From: Rebecca billardiae RCC1528
Lineage: Eukaryota > Protista > Haptophyta
Direction of reading: 5' to 3'
Assembly (NCBI GenBank): GCA_965240325.2
Contig: OZ251242.1
Span: 1,430,096-1,494,095, forward strand
DNA length: 64,000 nt
Below are positions 37,127-48,377 of the stretch, piece after piece (positions within the stretch are counted from its first letter, which is position 1; every line of letters begins with the position of its first letter). The notes under the pieces were generated by a model that worked only from the letters and a program-made list of their open reading frames with translations, did no database searches and had not been told where the DNA came from. The position numbers and the translations under genes were made by a program.

Positions 37127-38282
37127 CGACCGTGGCGCCCAGCAAACTCACGTATTCACTCAGCAGCAGCAGCCGCGAGCGGCGCGGGCTCCGCCTATGT
37201 GTAGTATCGTATATACAAGGGCGTTCCCGGGATCCTGCCACACGCTCCGAACGGCATGCCCCCCGCCCTGGGGGGGGGGCATCGGCGCGGCCCGGTACTC
37301 CGCGGACCGTGGCGCGGGCCGTAATTAATATATCATCAGCAAATAATAATATAATGTACCGCCCGCTTGAAATAGATCAGCAGAGAAAGCCAATAATTAT
37401 TTCAATAGGAACGCGGTAGGTTCGATTTGGCGTATGACCAGTGCGGGGAACGCCCCTGCTGTGGCGCCGCAGCGACGAGTCGTAGTCACTGGCACTGCAT
37501 GCGCTACTCGTCGTATCGGATATGCATGTAGTCAATATGAGTGACAGCAGCATCAGTAGCAGGCGGACCGCCGCCGTGTAAGAGGCCAGTCAGACTATAC
37601 CGTCGGGGCGCCGGGCCCGGGGCGCCGCTGCGCCGCGGCGGTATACTCATCAGTACCGGCCGGCACGGCATCAGTTATTATTATGACGGCGGTCACGGTT
37701 GATTACCTGCGGACCCGTAGTATGGCGACCGGTGCCGTGTCGCGTCTTGATATACTCTCTCTGCTCTCTCTCGTCTGTCTCTCGTTCGTCCGTCTCTCGA
37801 GTCTCTCTCAGTCTCACGCTCTCGCGGGCTCTCTCTCTTTGGCGCAGATAGTCGCGTACTATATAGTATATACGTACGTACATCAGCACAATTCTGCGGC
37901 AGCACGCCATCCGTGACGACGCACCGCGGCACGGCCCCGGGCCGGCAGCTAGTACTTAGTTAGTGGTCGCCGGTACGTCCCTCGGGACCCCGGCGGAATG
38001 CCGACCGATGGCACGGCGGGTACTATCTACCGCGGTACATTAGTCGCACCGGCACCGTACTACTCGTCCGCGCCGCCGTACTCGGTTCATCCGACTCTAC
38101 TACTCGCGGACTGGCGGCCGGCGCGCCCTGCGTGCGCGGCGCCGGCTCGGCGCCGGCTCAGCCGGGCTGCCTGCCACGGGCCCGCAGGGCCGGCGGCGGG
38201 CGCAGTCAGTGGCCTCCGGCCGTGGCCGGAGTCCGATCCGAGCAGTCGTCGCGTAGCCGTAGATCGGGCGTAACGTCTAACG

Positions 38283-38407
<125 letters not shown>

Positions 38408-38837
38408 AAATATATATTAATCAGCATCATCACTAATGACGAGCTACAATTAATAACTACGCGACGACGATACGTATACCGCGGTAGTGTAGCAGCTACG
38501 TACGTGGACGAGGATGTATATTCATTGTATGGGCCCACGCGCCGCGCATATCAGAGCGGGCGCGCACTGTCGTCGTCGTCATCGTTTTTTGGCGCGCGCC
38601 GCGCGCACGCGGTCGTGCGCGCCGTGACGGTTTATTGGCGGACGACTGCTCGTCGGGCGGTCCCGCCACGTTCCGGTTGCCTGCCTGCAGCCCATGGTCC
38701 GCGCATGTTCGCGACGTGATGAGGGCGCGCTCAGCATCCCGACAAAGATCGCGGCCGTGCTGTGCTGCGGCGCAGCCCGGCCGGGCCGACTCGGCGGCGG
38801 CGCGGCCGGCGGACGCGGCTGGAGCGCGCACGCTTGC

Positions 38838-40575
38838 TTACGCGCGCCGCCCGCCGCTGCGCGCCGCCGCGGCCGACGAGCCGGCGGGCGCCTCGCCGTC
38901 GCCGTCCTCGTCCTCGTCGGCGCTGAGCGTCGGGCTGCCGCGCCGCGCGGACGGGTGCGCCTCGTCGACGATGGCGCCCTCGCGCACGAGCTCGCGCAGC
39001 AGCGCGTCCGCCGCCGCCGCCGCCTCCGCCGCGTCCGCCGCCGCGTCGGCGTCCGCGCCCGCGTCCGCGCGCGCGCGCGGCTTCCGCCGCTGCCGCCGCT
39101 CGGCGGCGGCGGCGGCGTCGCGCGCGACGAAGAAGGCGGTGCGCCGCGCGTGCGCGTCCGCGGCGACGCCCTCCGCCGCCATCTGCCCGAGCAGCGCGGT
39201 CGCGTCCTTCCACGCGCGCTCGTGCCTGCACGCGGCGATGGCCATCGTGTACTCGCGCACGCCGGGGGCGCACGCGCGCCCGGCCGCGCGCATCTCGCGC
39301 AGCAGGGCGAGCGCGCGCGCGCGCTGCCCGCCGCGCGCGCACGCGGAGAGCGCGGCGGCGTAGGTGGCGCGGTTGCGCTCGTCCGGTGGCACGCCGTCGA
39401 ACGTCTCGAGCGCGGCGCGCCACCGCCCCGCGCGCGCGGCCGCGGTGATGAGCGCGGTCGTGCACACGATGTCGGGGCGGAGGCGCGCCTCGCGCATCTG
39501 GCCCCACAGCGAGAGCGCAGACGGCGCGTCGGACGTGCGGCCGCACGCGGTGATGGCGGCGGCGTACGTGTGCCGGTCGGGCTCGATGCCGCGCTCGCGC
39601 ATCTCGCGCAGCAGCGCGAGCGCCATCTCCGACGAGCCCGCCCACTCGGACGCGGCGATGGCTGCGTTGTACGTGACACGCGTCGGGCGGAGGCCGAGGC
39701 GCGCGCGCATGGCGCGCAGCAGCGCGAGCGCACCCTCCGCGTCGCGCAGGGTGCGGTGCGCGCACAGCGCGGCGTTGCACGCGCCGACGGTGGGCGCGAC
39801 GCCGAGCTCGGGCATCGCGTCGAAGAGCGCGAGCGCCTTGCGCGCCTCGCCCGCCCTGTCCAGCGCGACGAGCAGCGAGGTGAGCGTGTGCGCAGACGGC
39901 CGCACGTCGGAGTCCTCCATCCCGCCCAGCAGAGACAGGCACGCGCCCAGGTCGCCCGCGCGCGCGGACGCGGCGATGGTGGCGGACCACGCGTGCACGT
40001 CGGGCTCGACGCCGGCGGCGCGCATGCGCGAGAGCAGCGAGACCGCCTCGTCCAGCCGCGCCGCGCGCGCGCACACCAGCGTCGCCTGGTTGAACGCGTG
40101 CGCCGACGGCCGCAGCCGCTCGGCGGCCATCATGTCCAGCAGCGCTAACCCGTGCTGCCACGCGTGCGAGGGCGAGGCGGCGAGCGCGCGCACGGCGCCC
40201 ACGGCGTCGGGCTCCGGCGCGGCGTCGGCGTCGGCCCCCGCGGCGGCGTCCGCATCGCCCGGCGCGGCCGCGCCCGCGCCGCCGCCCGCCCCCTCCGCGC
40301 CCGCGGCCGCCACCTGCGTGACGGAGCCGGCGGCGAGCGCGTCGAGCGCCGCGCCGTAGCACACGCTGTTGGGCGGAGCGGCGGCGGGCGCGCGCCCGCC
40401 GCCGCCGTCGGCCGGGCGGCGGCGGCGCGCGCCGCTCGCGCGCTGGCGCATGCGCACGAGCACGCCCATCGCCAGCCGCCAGTCCGCCGCCTTGGCGCAC
40501 GCGCGCAGCACGTTGGCGTACGTGGACGCGCGCAGGGCCACGCGCCACGCGTCGCTCGCGCGGCCGCGCGGCCGC

Positions 40576-40616
<41 letters not shown>

Positions 40617-41519
40617 CTCGGCGTGCGCGCCCGCGGGCTTGGCGGTGGCCTCCTCGTCGGCGCGGCGCTCCATCTCGAGGAGCAGCTCCACCGCGCGCGC
40701 CGCCTCGCCCAGCTGCGCGCACGCCGCGATCGCGACGTTGGCCGTGACGGCGTTGGTCGCGCCGCCCACCTCCGCGGCCGCGCCGCCCTCCGCCGCCTCC
40801 TGCGCGCGGATCGCGTCGTACAGCGCGAGCGCCTTCTCGGGCTGGCCGCCGCGCTCGAGCGCGGTGATCGCGGCGGTGAGCGTGTACACGTTCGGCTCGA
40901 CCTCCGCCTCCTCCATCGCGCCGAGCAGCCCGAGCGCCAGCCCCCAGTCGCCGCGCTTGGCGGTGGAGGCGATCGCGGAGGTCCACGAGACGACGTCGGG
41001 CGCGTGCCCCGCGCCCACCATCGCGGAGAGGAGGTCGACGGCGGTGTCGTAGTCGCCCGACGAGGCGCACGCCGAGAGGGCCGAGTTGTACGAGCGCACG
41101 TCCGCCGGCACGCCCGCCTCCGCCATCAGCCGCAGCACGCCGAGCGCGCGCGCGCGCGGCGCGGCGCGCGGCGCGGCCGCGAGCACGCCGTCAAACTCGC
41201 GCACCGGCGGCGCGCGCCCGTCGGGGCAGGCGGCGGCGTACTCGGCCCAAGGGCGGAGCGTGCCGCCGTCCGCGTCGGCGCGCACGCGCGCGAGTAGCGC
41301 CGCGTGCTCGCCGCCCGGCGCCGCCGGCGCCGCGGGCGCCGCGTCCGCGTCCGCGCCCGCGCCCGCGGGCGCGCGCCGCGGCCCGCGCGCCGCGGCCGCG
41401 CGCGCGCGGCGCGGGGCCGGCCGGCCGCCACGCCGCGGCGGCGCGCCCATCGCGGACGCGCGCGTCGCCGCGCCGAGCACGGCGAGGAGCAGCAGCGCCG
41501 CCGCGCCGAGGCGTGGCAT
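38838..41519 (-). CDS. Pentatricopeptide repeat (PPR) protein, probably plastid-targeted
   Basis: Signal peptide MPRLGAAALLLLAVLGA. Many 35-aa repeats (DVRSYNSALSAC, PDVVSWTSAIAS, PNVYTLTAAITA, PDRHTYAAAITAC). Confidence 0.93.
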
Positions 41520-41686
41520 CGCGTGCGTCGCGCGCGGGGGTGCTGGCGATCGGGAGAGCGCCGGGACGCCGCCGCCGTCGTCGCCACACGAAGGTTCTCG
41601 AGGTTCGTCATCGGCTTATTATCGCGCTCGTTTTCACGTTTTCAGATCCGGAACATGCGGGGCACGATGGCGGCGCACGCGCTCGC

Positions 41687-42580
41687 TCAGCCGTCCGCGC
41701 CAAAGTAGTTGAAGGAGAGGGAGACGCGCACGCTGTCCGCGTCCTCGGCGAGCTCGGCGCGCGTGGCTTCTGCGGCCGCGCGCCGCCTCGCCGCCTCCGC
41801 CGCCGCCGCCGCCTCCGCCTCCGCCGCACGCGGCGGCGGCGCGTCGAGCGCCGCCTCGGCGCCGCCGAACAGCGGCAGCACGGCGTGCTGCAGCGCGCCG
41901 GGGAAGAGCACGCAGCCGCCCGACGTGGCGGGCACGAGCGCGTACGCGCACGCGCCGCCGCGCCCGGCCGCCGGCTCGCACGCCACGAACGCGCCCGACC
42001 ACGGCCGCGCGCGCGGCGCGCGCGGCGCGTGCACGTGGAGAGCGCCCGAGAGCGCCGCGCCCGCGTGGTCGTGCAGCCGCAGAAAGTCGCCGTGGCGCAG
42101 CACGTTGAGCCACGCCTCGGGCTCGCGCGCCGCCGCGCCGCCGCCCACCGCGCGCGAGAAGCCGCACGCGCGCGCGCCCGCCTCGATGGCGCTGCGCGCC
42201 TCGCGCACCGCGCGCGCGGCCGCGCGCTCGTCCTCGTCGGCGCCCGCGGCGGCGCCGACGCGCTCGGCCGCGGCGAAGAGGTCCTTGCCGCGGTAGAAGC
42301 CGCAGAACGAGGCGCCCGCCGCGCGGCCCACGCGCTCGCGCGCCCCGTCGTCCTCGTCGGCCGCGCCGGGCCGCTCGCTCGCGTCCGCCTCCTGGTCCGC
42401 CTCCTGCGCGCGCAGCTCCTGCGCGAGCGCGAGGCGCACGAGCGCGCGCGCGGCGCCGGGCGAGAGCGGCGGCGGCGACGCGACTACCAGCCCGCCCAGC
42501 TCGGCACGCGCCTCGAACGCCGCGTGCGCCGGTCCGAGGAGCGCGCGCAGGACGGCCTCGTCGACGGCGGGCGCCGCCAT
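41687..42580 (-). CDS. Putative 2OG-Fe(II) oxygenase (TIGR02466-like)
   Basis: AWLNV...LHDH...LSGALHV...VLFPGALQHAVLP...RVSLSFN. Confidence 0.8.
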   Translation of the reverse strand: MAAPAVDEAVLRALLGPAHAAFEARAELGGLVVASPPPLSPGAARALVRLALAQELRAQEADQEADASERPGAADEDDGARERVGRAAGASFCGFYRGKDLFAAAERVGAAAGADEDERAAARAVREARSAIEAGARACGFSRAVGGGAAAREPEAWLNVLRHGDFLRLHDHAGAALSGALHVHAPRAPRARPWSGAFVACEPAAGRGGACAYALVPATSGGCVLFPGALQHAVLPLFGGAEAALDAPPPRAAEAEAAAAAEAARRRAAAEATRAELAEDADSVRVSLSFNYFGADG

Positions 42581-42757
42581 CCTGCGCCCGCCCGTGAGAA
42601 CCGGGCTGTGCGTGATGTATGTATCTAGCTGTGCGTGATGTCAGTAGGGCTGCGCGGGTAATAAAAGCGGGTTTCGAAAACAAGCTGCTGATGATGCAGT
42701 GGCGCGGGCATGGGCCTTCGCCTGAGCGACTCTTGGCTTTGACGCGCGAGAGGCTCG

Positions 42758-43699
42758 ATGCGCGCGGGCGCGGCCCCGCCCGCCGGGGCGGCCGCGTCGA
42801 GCGTGGCGGTGGTGCAGCCGCGCGACGGCTCGTCGCCCCCTCTGCTCGTCCTCTTCCGCGGCATCGTGCGCGAGGACGTGCCCGAGCTCGACGCGATGCA
42901 GCGCCGGCTCTTCCCCGTGCGGTACAGCGAGGCCTTCTACAGCCGCCTCTTCGAGCCGGGGCACTACACGGTGCTCGCCACGGCGCAGACGGGCGAGATC
43001 ATCGGGATCGCGTCGGCGCGCACGGTCGCGGACGACGGCGCGCCCCCGCCCGGCCGCTCCGACTGCGCGCCCGCGCTCGACGGCGGGCGCGAGGGGTACG
43101 TGATGACGCTGGGCGTGGACGCGCCGTACCGCAGGCACGGCGTCGGCGCCGAGCTGCTGCGCCGGATCCTCGCGGCGCTGCGCGCGGCGTCGTGCGTGAC
43201 CGCCGCGCTCCACGTCAAGGTGGAGAACGCCGCCGCGTGCGCCTTCTACGAGCGCCTCGGCTTCCGCCCCGACCCGGTGCTCGGGTACTGCGCCGACCAC
43301 TACCTGATCGACGGCGCGTACTACGACGCGTACCGGCTGGTGTGCCCGCTGCAGAGCTCGTGGATGGGCTGGCTCGCGAGCAAGCTGGGGCTCGCGACCG
43401 ACCCGCTCGCGCCGAGCACGCCCGCCGCCGCCGCCGTGCCGCGCCCGCTCGACGCGCGCGGCGGTGGCGCGCCGCCCGGCGCCGGCCTCTCGGTCGTCGC
43501 GCCGTCGGCGATGCCGATCGCGCACGCGCGCTCCGCGCACTCGCCCACGCAGACGCACCACGGGCACGGCGGCGCGCTGCCGCCGCGCTGCGCGCACGTC
43601 GTCGGCCACCCGATCTCGCCGCCGGCGCACCCGCGGCACGCGGGCGCGGCGCGCGCCGACGGCGGCGCGCTGCACCGCCCCTCGCCCGCCGGCAGATGA
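42758..43699 (+). CDS. GNAT N-terminal acetyltransferase (NAA60/NAA50-like)
   Basis: LFPVRYSEAFY, YVMTLGVDAPYRRHGVG, LHVKVENAAACAFYERLGF, HYLIDGAYYDAY. Confidence 0.85.
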   Translation: MRAGAAPPAGAAASSVAVVQPRDGSSPPLLVLFRGIVREDVPELDAMQRRLFPVRYSEAFYSRLFEPGHYTVLATAQTGEIIGIASARTVADDGAPPPGRSDCAPALDGGREGYVMTLGVDAPYRRHGVGAELLRRILAALRAASCVTAALHVKVENAAACAFYERLGFRPDPVLGYCADHYLIDGAYYDAYRLVCPLQSSWMGWLASKLGLATDPLAPSTPAAAAVPRPLDARGGGAPPGAGLSVVAPSAMPIAHARSAHSPTQTHHGHGGALPPRCAHVVGHPISPPAHPRHAGAARADGGALHRPSPAGR

Positions 43700-44099
43700 G
43701 CCCCGGGCGGGCGCGCCACGACGACCCCGCCGCCGCCGCCGACTGCTCGGATGATGGCGAGCGCGATGAATATCGGCATCGCGCGCGCTCCGATTCGCGC
43801 GCGGTTGTTTGTCGGCCGCCGCGACTCTGACATGCATCATAGCATCATCAGTACCATGACGACGCTTATCGCCGTCATTCTCCGGCGCCATTGGCGCACT
43901 ATACTGAGACTAGACTATACAGCTGGCCTCATAAATCTCATCAGACCGCCCGGGGGCGGGAGTGACTATATAGTATATATATATTATTACTGAGTCGTAC
44001 TACTTATTTATTATTATATTACTAATTTAGATTATTTATTATTAGGGCGGCCCTAATATAGTTACTACAATAAATAAATAGCGGCGCGATGCTGACGTA

Positions 44100-45738
44100 G
44101 CGGTAACTATATGACCGCGTTCAGCGGTCCCGCGTTTTCCGTCTCAGAACGAACGTAGTTCGGGGCCCGCGGTGGCGGTGCACCCTCCGTCGCAGTCGTC
44201 TATTGACAGACCAGTTGCATGCCCGTACAACTAGACTCCAGCGGCGCGCCGCTGCGCCCCGGTGCCGGCGCCGGGCGCGGGCCCGCATCGCAGCCGCCGG
44301 CGCCGGCGCCCGGATTGTGTACAGGCGGATGCGACGAGGCGTGATCGACGCATGAGCGCGACTCCACGTGCACGCCAGGCCACGTGGAGCTGACAGCCAG
44401 GGAACACGGTGCGGGGCCGCGGATTCGTTCGGGCCGCTGCTGCTGACCGCGCTGTCTGTCGCCCACCGCGCGCCGCCGGGCAGCGCCAGGCCAGTAGATG
44501 ATTTGCACTGGTCCGAGCAGTAGGGTTCGACCAGCGCCTGCGCGACGGCCGACAGGCGGGCGCGAGGCGTGATCGACGCATGAGCGCAACTCTATCTACG
44601 TGCACGCCAGGCCACGCGGAGCAGACAGCCAGAGGGAGCACTGTGTGTGCCGAGGTGCGAGGGCACCGGTGATTGTTATTCACTCCGCACGCCGCGGTTG
44701 CACTGCACGGGGTCACGGGGTGACACACCTCGGTCAGGCTCGGCACGCGTCGCAGAGGCACGGCCAGCTCTGGGGACGTCGCGCACCACCGTCGTCCGCG
44801 CCGCAGCTCGTCCTCCTAGGTCCGCCCGTCCAGCGCTGCAGACAGACTTGCCGGCGCGGGCCGAGAGTGCCGGCACGGAACAGATCGATGGATTCGGGTT
44901 GGCGCGCCTGCTCTGAAGAAGAGTTCTGGGAGACCCTGGCGGAGAGGCATGACAAGGGGGGCGTGTGGTGAAGTCGGAGACTCAGAGATCGATCAGTCCG
45001 GCATCAGTCAGGCGCCGCTGCCCCCGAGCTTGCGAGAGCCCGAACAAAGGGCGGCGGCTGCGCTGACGCGCGGCCCCGGCCGCGCAGGCATCGACATAGG
45101 GCGGCAGGGGCGCGCGGAGTGACTAGTGAGCGGGGCACGAACACGATGTCGACGGCCGTCGGGACCCGCCGCAGACGCGCGCTCCAGGCGCCACTGGCCG
45201 CGCGCACCTGCCCATCGCCCGCCCTTGCTTGGAGGCGAGAGTCGCGCGGCGCCCTCGCCACCTCCGAAACCCTGCTGCCTTGCGACGCCGGCAAGTTTTG
45301 ACTTTGAGGCTCGCCAGCTCGGTGCATCGATCAGTGACTATATGAAATGGGCTGGCGACGTAAATAGCTGCGGGTATTTTTCAATGTCTCGCAGTATTGG
45401 AGTTGGTGAGAGTCGTTCTTGCGGCGGCGAGGCCCATATTTATTTACTATAGTCACACATGAACGACTGAGTCCACCCGTAATTACTCACCCTGGCACAC
45501 TTGGGCGTGGGTTTCGTTGATTCCTCTGTTCACTATTCAAGACGGCGGACGCGCCCTTTTTCGACGAGGATGCACTACCTGTAAGGGAGTCTCAAAATTC
45601 GAAACTCGGTCTCCTCCAGCCCTGAAAATCGTCCCCCGTCCCTTTTTTCTTTGCTGATCAAAGATCTTTTTGAAACGTGGTTCGGGCCCGCTGGTGCGGG
45701 CTCCACGCTGCGCGCTCCGCCCCGTGCACCGCGGGCCA
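44100..45738 (-). mobile_element. Non-autonomous Helitron2/Helentron-like element, copy 2 (inverted)
   Basis: Reverse complement of 6654-8280. Inverted repeats at 45727-45737 and 44164-44174, 3' hairpin at 44113-44129. Confidence 0.7.
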
Positions 45739-45857
45739 ATATATATATGCATGCGTGTAGTATATATATCAGCGCCGCGCCGCGCGGCCCAGCGCCCTAT
45801 TCGTCATCAGCCAGCAGTCTCAAGTTCGACACGACGATACTTTTGTGTCGTTGCTCT

Positions 45858-46676
45858 CTAGCGGCGCCGCCTCTTGCCCTGACTGCCCTTGGTGTCCGCG
45901 TCGCAGCTCGCCGCGAGCTCGGCCTCGGCGAGCGCGAGCGCGCGCTTGCTCTCGCTGAGCATGAACCCGGAGAAGTCCTGCTCGCTGAGCGAGCCCGGCC
46001 GCGCGCTCTGCGCCATCCGGAAGTGCTGCGCCGCCTTGTCGTACTCGCCTCGCTTGTACGCGACCACGGCGACGTAGTAGGCGTTGCGCTGCGAGCGCGC
46101 CACGCCCAGCGCCTTCTCGAGCTGCTTCGCCGCCTCGTCGAGGTTGCCGTACGGCCAGGGCGCGACGGCGTAGAAGCAGCCGAGCAGCGCGTACCCCACG
46201 CCCGAGTCGTACTTGCGGTCGAGCTTGATCAGCCGCTCGGCGTTCGCCTTGAAGACCTTGGCGGCGCCGGCGAGCGCCTGCTTGATGATGCCCTTGGCGC
46301 TGCACGAGAACATGTACGCGTCCGCGTACACCGCGGCGGCGCGCACGTCGTTGGGGCGCGCCTTCTGCACGCTCGTGGCGAGCTCGAGCGCGCGAGGCCC
46401 CATCCGCCCCCAGATCGCCTTGTGCTCCGGCGTGTCGAGCAGCTTGTCGATCACGATCGTGTTGGCGTGCGTCTTCACGCGCATCACGCCGTTCATCGCG
46501 TCCGCGAGCTTGAGCTTGAGCTCGACGTTGTCGGGCTCGTGCTCGAGGGCCTCGTTGTACAGCTTCATCGCCTGCTCCAGGTGGCTCAGGTCGCGGCGCA
46601 GCATCAGCGCGTCCGCGCGCAGCGTCGCGCCGGCGGCGGCCGCGAGCACGGCGGCGGCGGCCGCGAGCAGCATCAT
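45858..46676 (-). CDS. TPR-like helical repeat protein with N-terminal hydrophobic leader
   Basis: MMLLAAAAAVLAAAAG leader. TPR-like segments AMKLYNEALEHEPDN and YYVAVVAYKRGEYDKAAQHF. Confidence 0.7.
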   Translation of the reverse strand: MMLLAAAAAVLAAAAGATLRADALMLRRDLSHLEQAMKLYNEALEHEPDNVELKLKLADAMNGVMRVKTHANTIVIDKLLDTPEHKAIWGRMGPRALELATSVQKARPNDVRAAAVYADAYMFSCSAKGIIKQALAGAAKVFKANAERLIKLDRKYDSGVGYALLGCFYAVAPWPYGNLDEAAKQLEKALGVARSQRNAYYVAVVAYKRGEYDKAAQHFRMAQSARPGSLSEQDFSGFMLSESKRALALAEAELAASCDADTKGSQGKRRRR

Positions 46677-46924
46677 CGTGTTAATGACGACCGGGCGGGC
46701 GCGCGTGCCAATTGAGACACGTACGGTACGGCGAAAACGATGCCGGCTCGCACGATGGCGCCGCCGACGAACCCGCCGAATGGCTGGACGGCCCGTGCTG
46801 CCAAGCCCGGGGAGGGCGCCACTACACGTGTCGGTCAGGCTTCAGTCGTCAGAGGGGAAGCGGAGCAGGCCGCAGTCTGAGTCGTCCGCGTCCCTGTGAC
46901 GACCGTGTGTGTGATGAGCCATCG

Positions 46925-47918
46925 TCAATCATCGTCAGCATCGGCCGGCTCCCACCGAGGCATGCCGCGCACCTGCCGCGCGCTCGCATCCGCCAGCCGC
47001 AGCGGCGGGAAGTTGAAGTCGTCCACCGGGCCGCGCCGCCCGGCGCCCGGCCGCTGCACGGCGGCGACGAGGTAGGCGACCGGCCTGTCCCTGCCGGCGC
47101 TGGGCAGCCCGCGGTGCACCGTGCGGTAGTCAAAGACGAGCACGCCGCCCGCGGGCACGGCCGGCGCCTCCATGCACGCCATGGCGGCCTCGTCCCACTG
47201 CAGCGTGGGGGCGAGCGCGGCGGCGTGCGCGTCCTCGTGCGAGCCCGGCCAGAACTGCGCCGCGCGCGCCCAGGCGCTCGGGGGCGGGGGTGAGCGGTGG
47301 CCGAGCGCGCGGCGCGCGGCGTGCGGCGCGCGCGGCGCGCCGCACCTGCGTGCCGTCGCCGTCCGCGCGCACGGGGAGCAGCGGCACGAAGACGCTGAAG
47401 AGGCCGCCCACGTTGCCATCGGCGTGGAAGGACTGCGCGCGCGCGCCCGGCCGGCTGATCACCACGCCGCTCATCGCCTCGCGCACGCGGCACGGCCCGG
47501 CCGCGCCGCCGCCGCCCGCCGCCTCGGCGATCGCCGGCGCGGCGAGCTGCAGCGCGCGCGCGCGCAGCCGGCGCCAGCTGGGCGTGTCGGGCAGGCGCAC
47601 GTCCCACCGCAGGCGCTGCCGGTGGCACACCTCCGCGAACGAGTAGCGCTGCTCGAGCACGTCGCCGCCCTTCGCCGCCACGCGCGCGAGCAGCTCGTCG
47701 AGCGTGCCGCGCGCGTGCGCGCCCACCGCGTCCACGAGCGGCGACTCCACCTCGCCGCGCACGAGCGCGAAGCCGCGCGCGCGGAGCTCGGCGCCACTCG
47801 CGCGCGCGTCCGCAGTGGCGCGCCTGGCCGCGGGCGGGGCGGCGCCGCCGACGGCGCGGATGAGCAGCAGGAGCGGCAGCAGCAAGCGACGCTGGCGGCG
47901 GACAACGAGCGCCGCCAT
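46925..47918 (-). CDS. PhyH-like 2OG-Fe(II) dioxygenase with signal peptide; intron 47255-47345
   Basis: SRPGARAQSFHADG (HxD), GTQ|FWPGSH, GGVLVFDYRTVHRG, RPVAY. Confidence 0.85.
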
Positions 47919-48108
47919 CGTGGGCAGTACTTATCTCGCCTGCCTGAGCTGTGTGCGTCTCTTATTCTTAGTAAACTGTAGTATGATAGGGGTATTTATA
48001 AAATTATTCGATCGTCGCGTCTGATGACAATGATGCGCTGCTGCTGCTACGCCTGCTAGCTATGGCGACGAATACCAATAATGCTGACGGTTGAATGTGT
48101 ATAGCGTA

Positions 48109-48111
<3 letters not shown>

Positions 48112-48180
<69 letters not shown>
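48112..48180. repeat. (TA)n microsatellite
   Basis: Alternating TA with one CA interruption. Confidence 0.95.
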
Positions 48181-48377
48181 GTATACGTACGCGTCGCGAT
48201 GACCGCCCAACCGCGGCGGCGCGCATCATCCCCACCGCGCCAACTACACGCGGCGGACCGGCCGCACTCACGAGACGTGTGAATGAAGTGCACGCCATCG
48301 CGGGCGCACTCGTGCAGTCTGTGAGCGCGGCGGACCACCCCGACGGCCACGCGCCCGCGCGACCAGTCAGCACGGCG

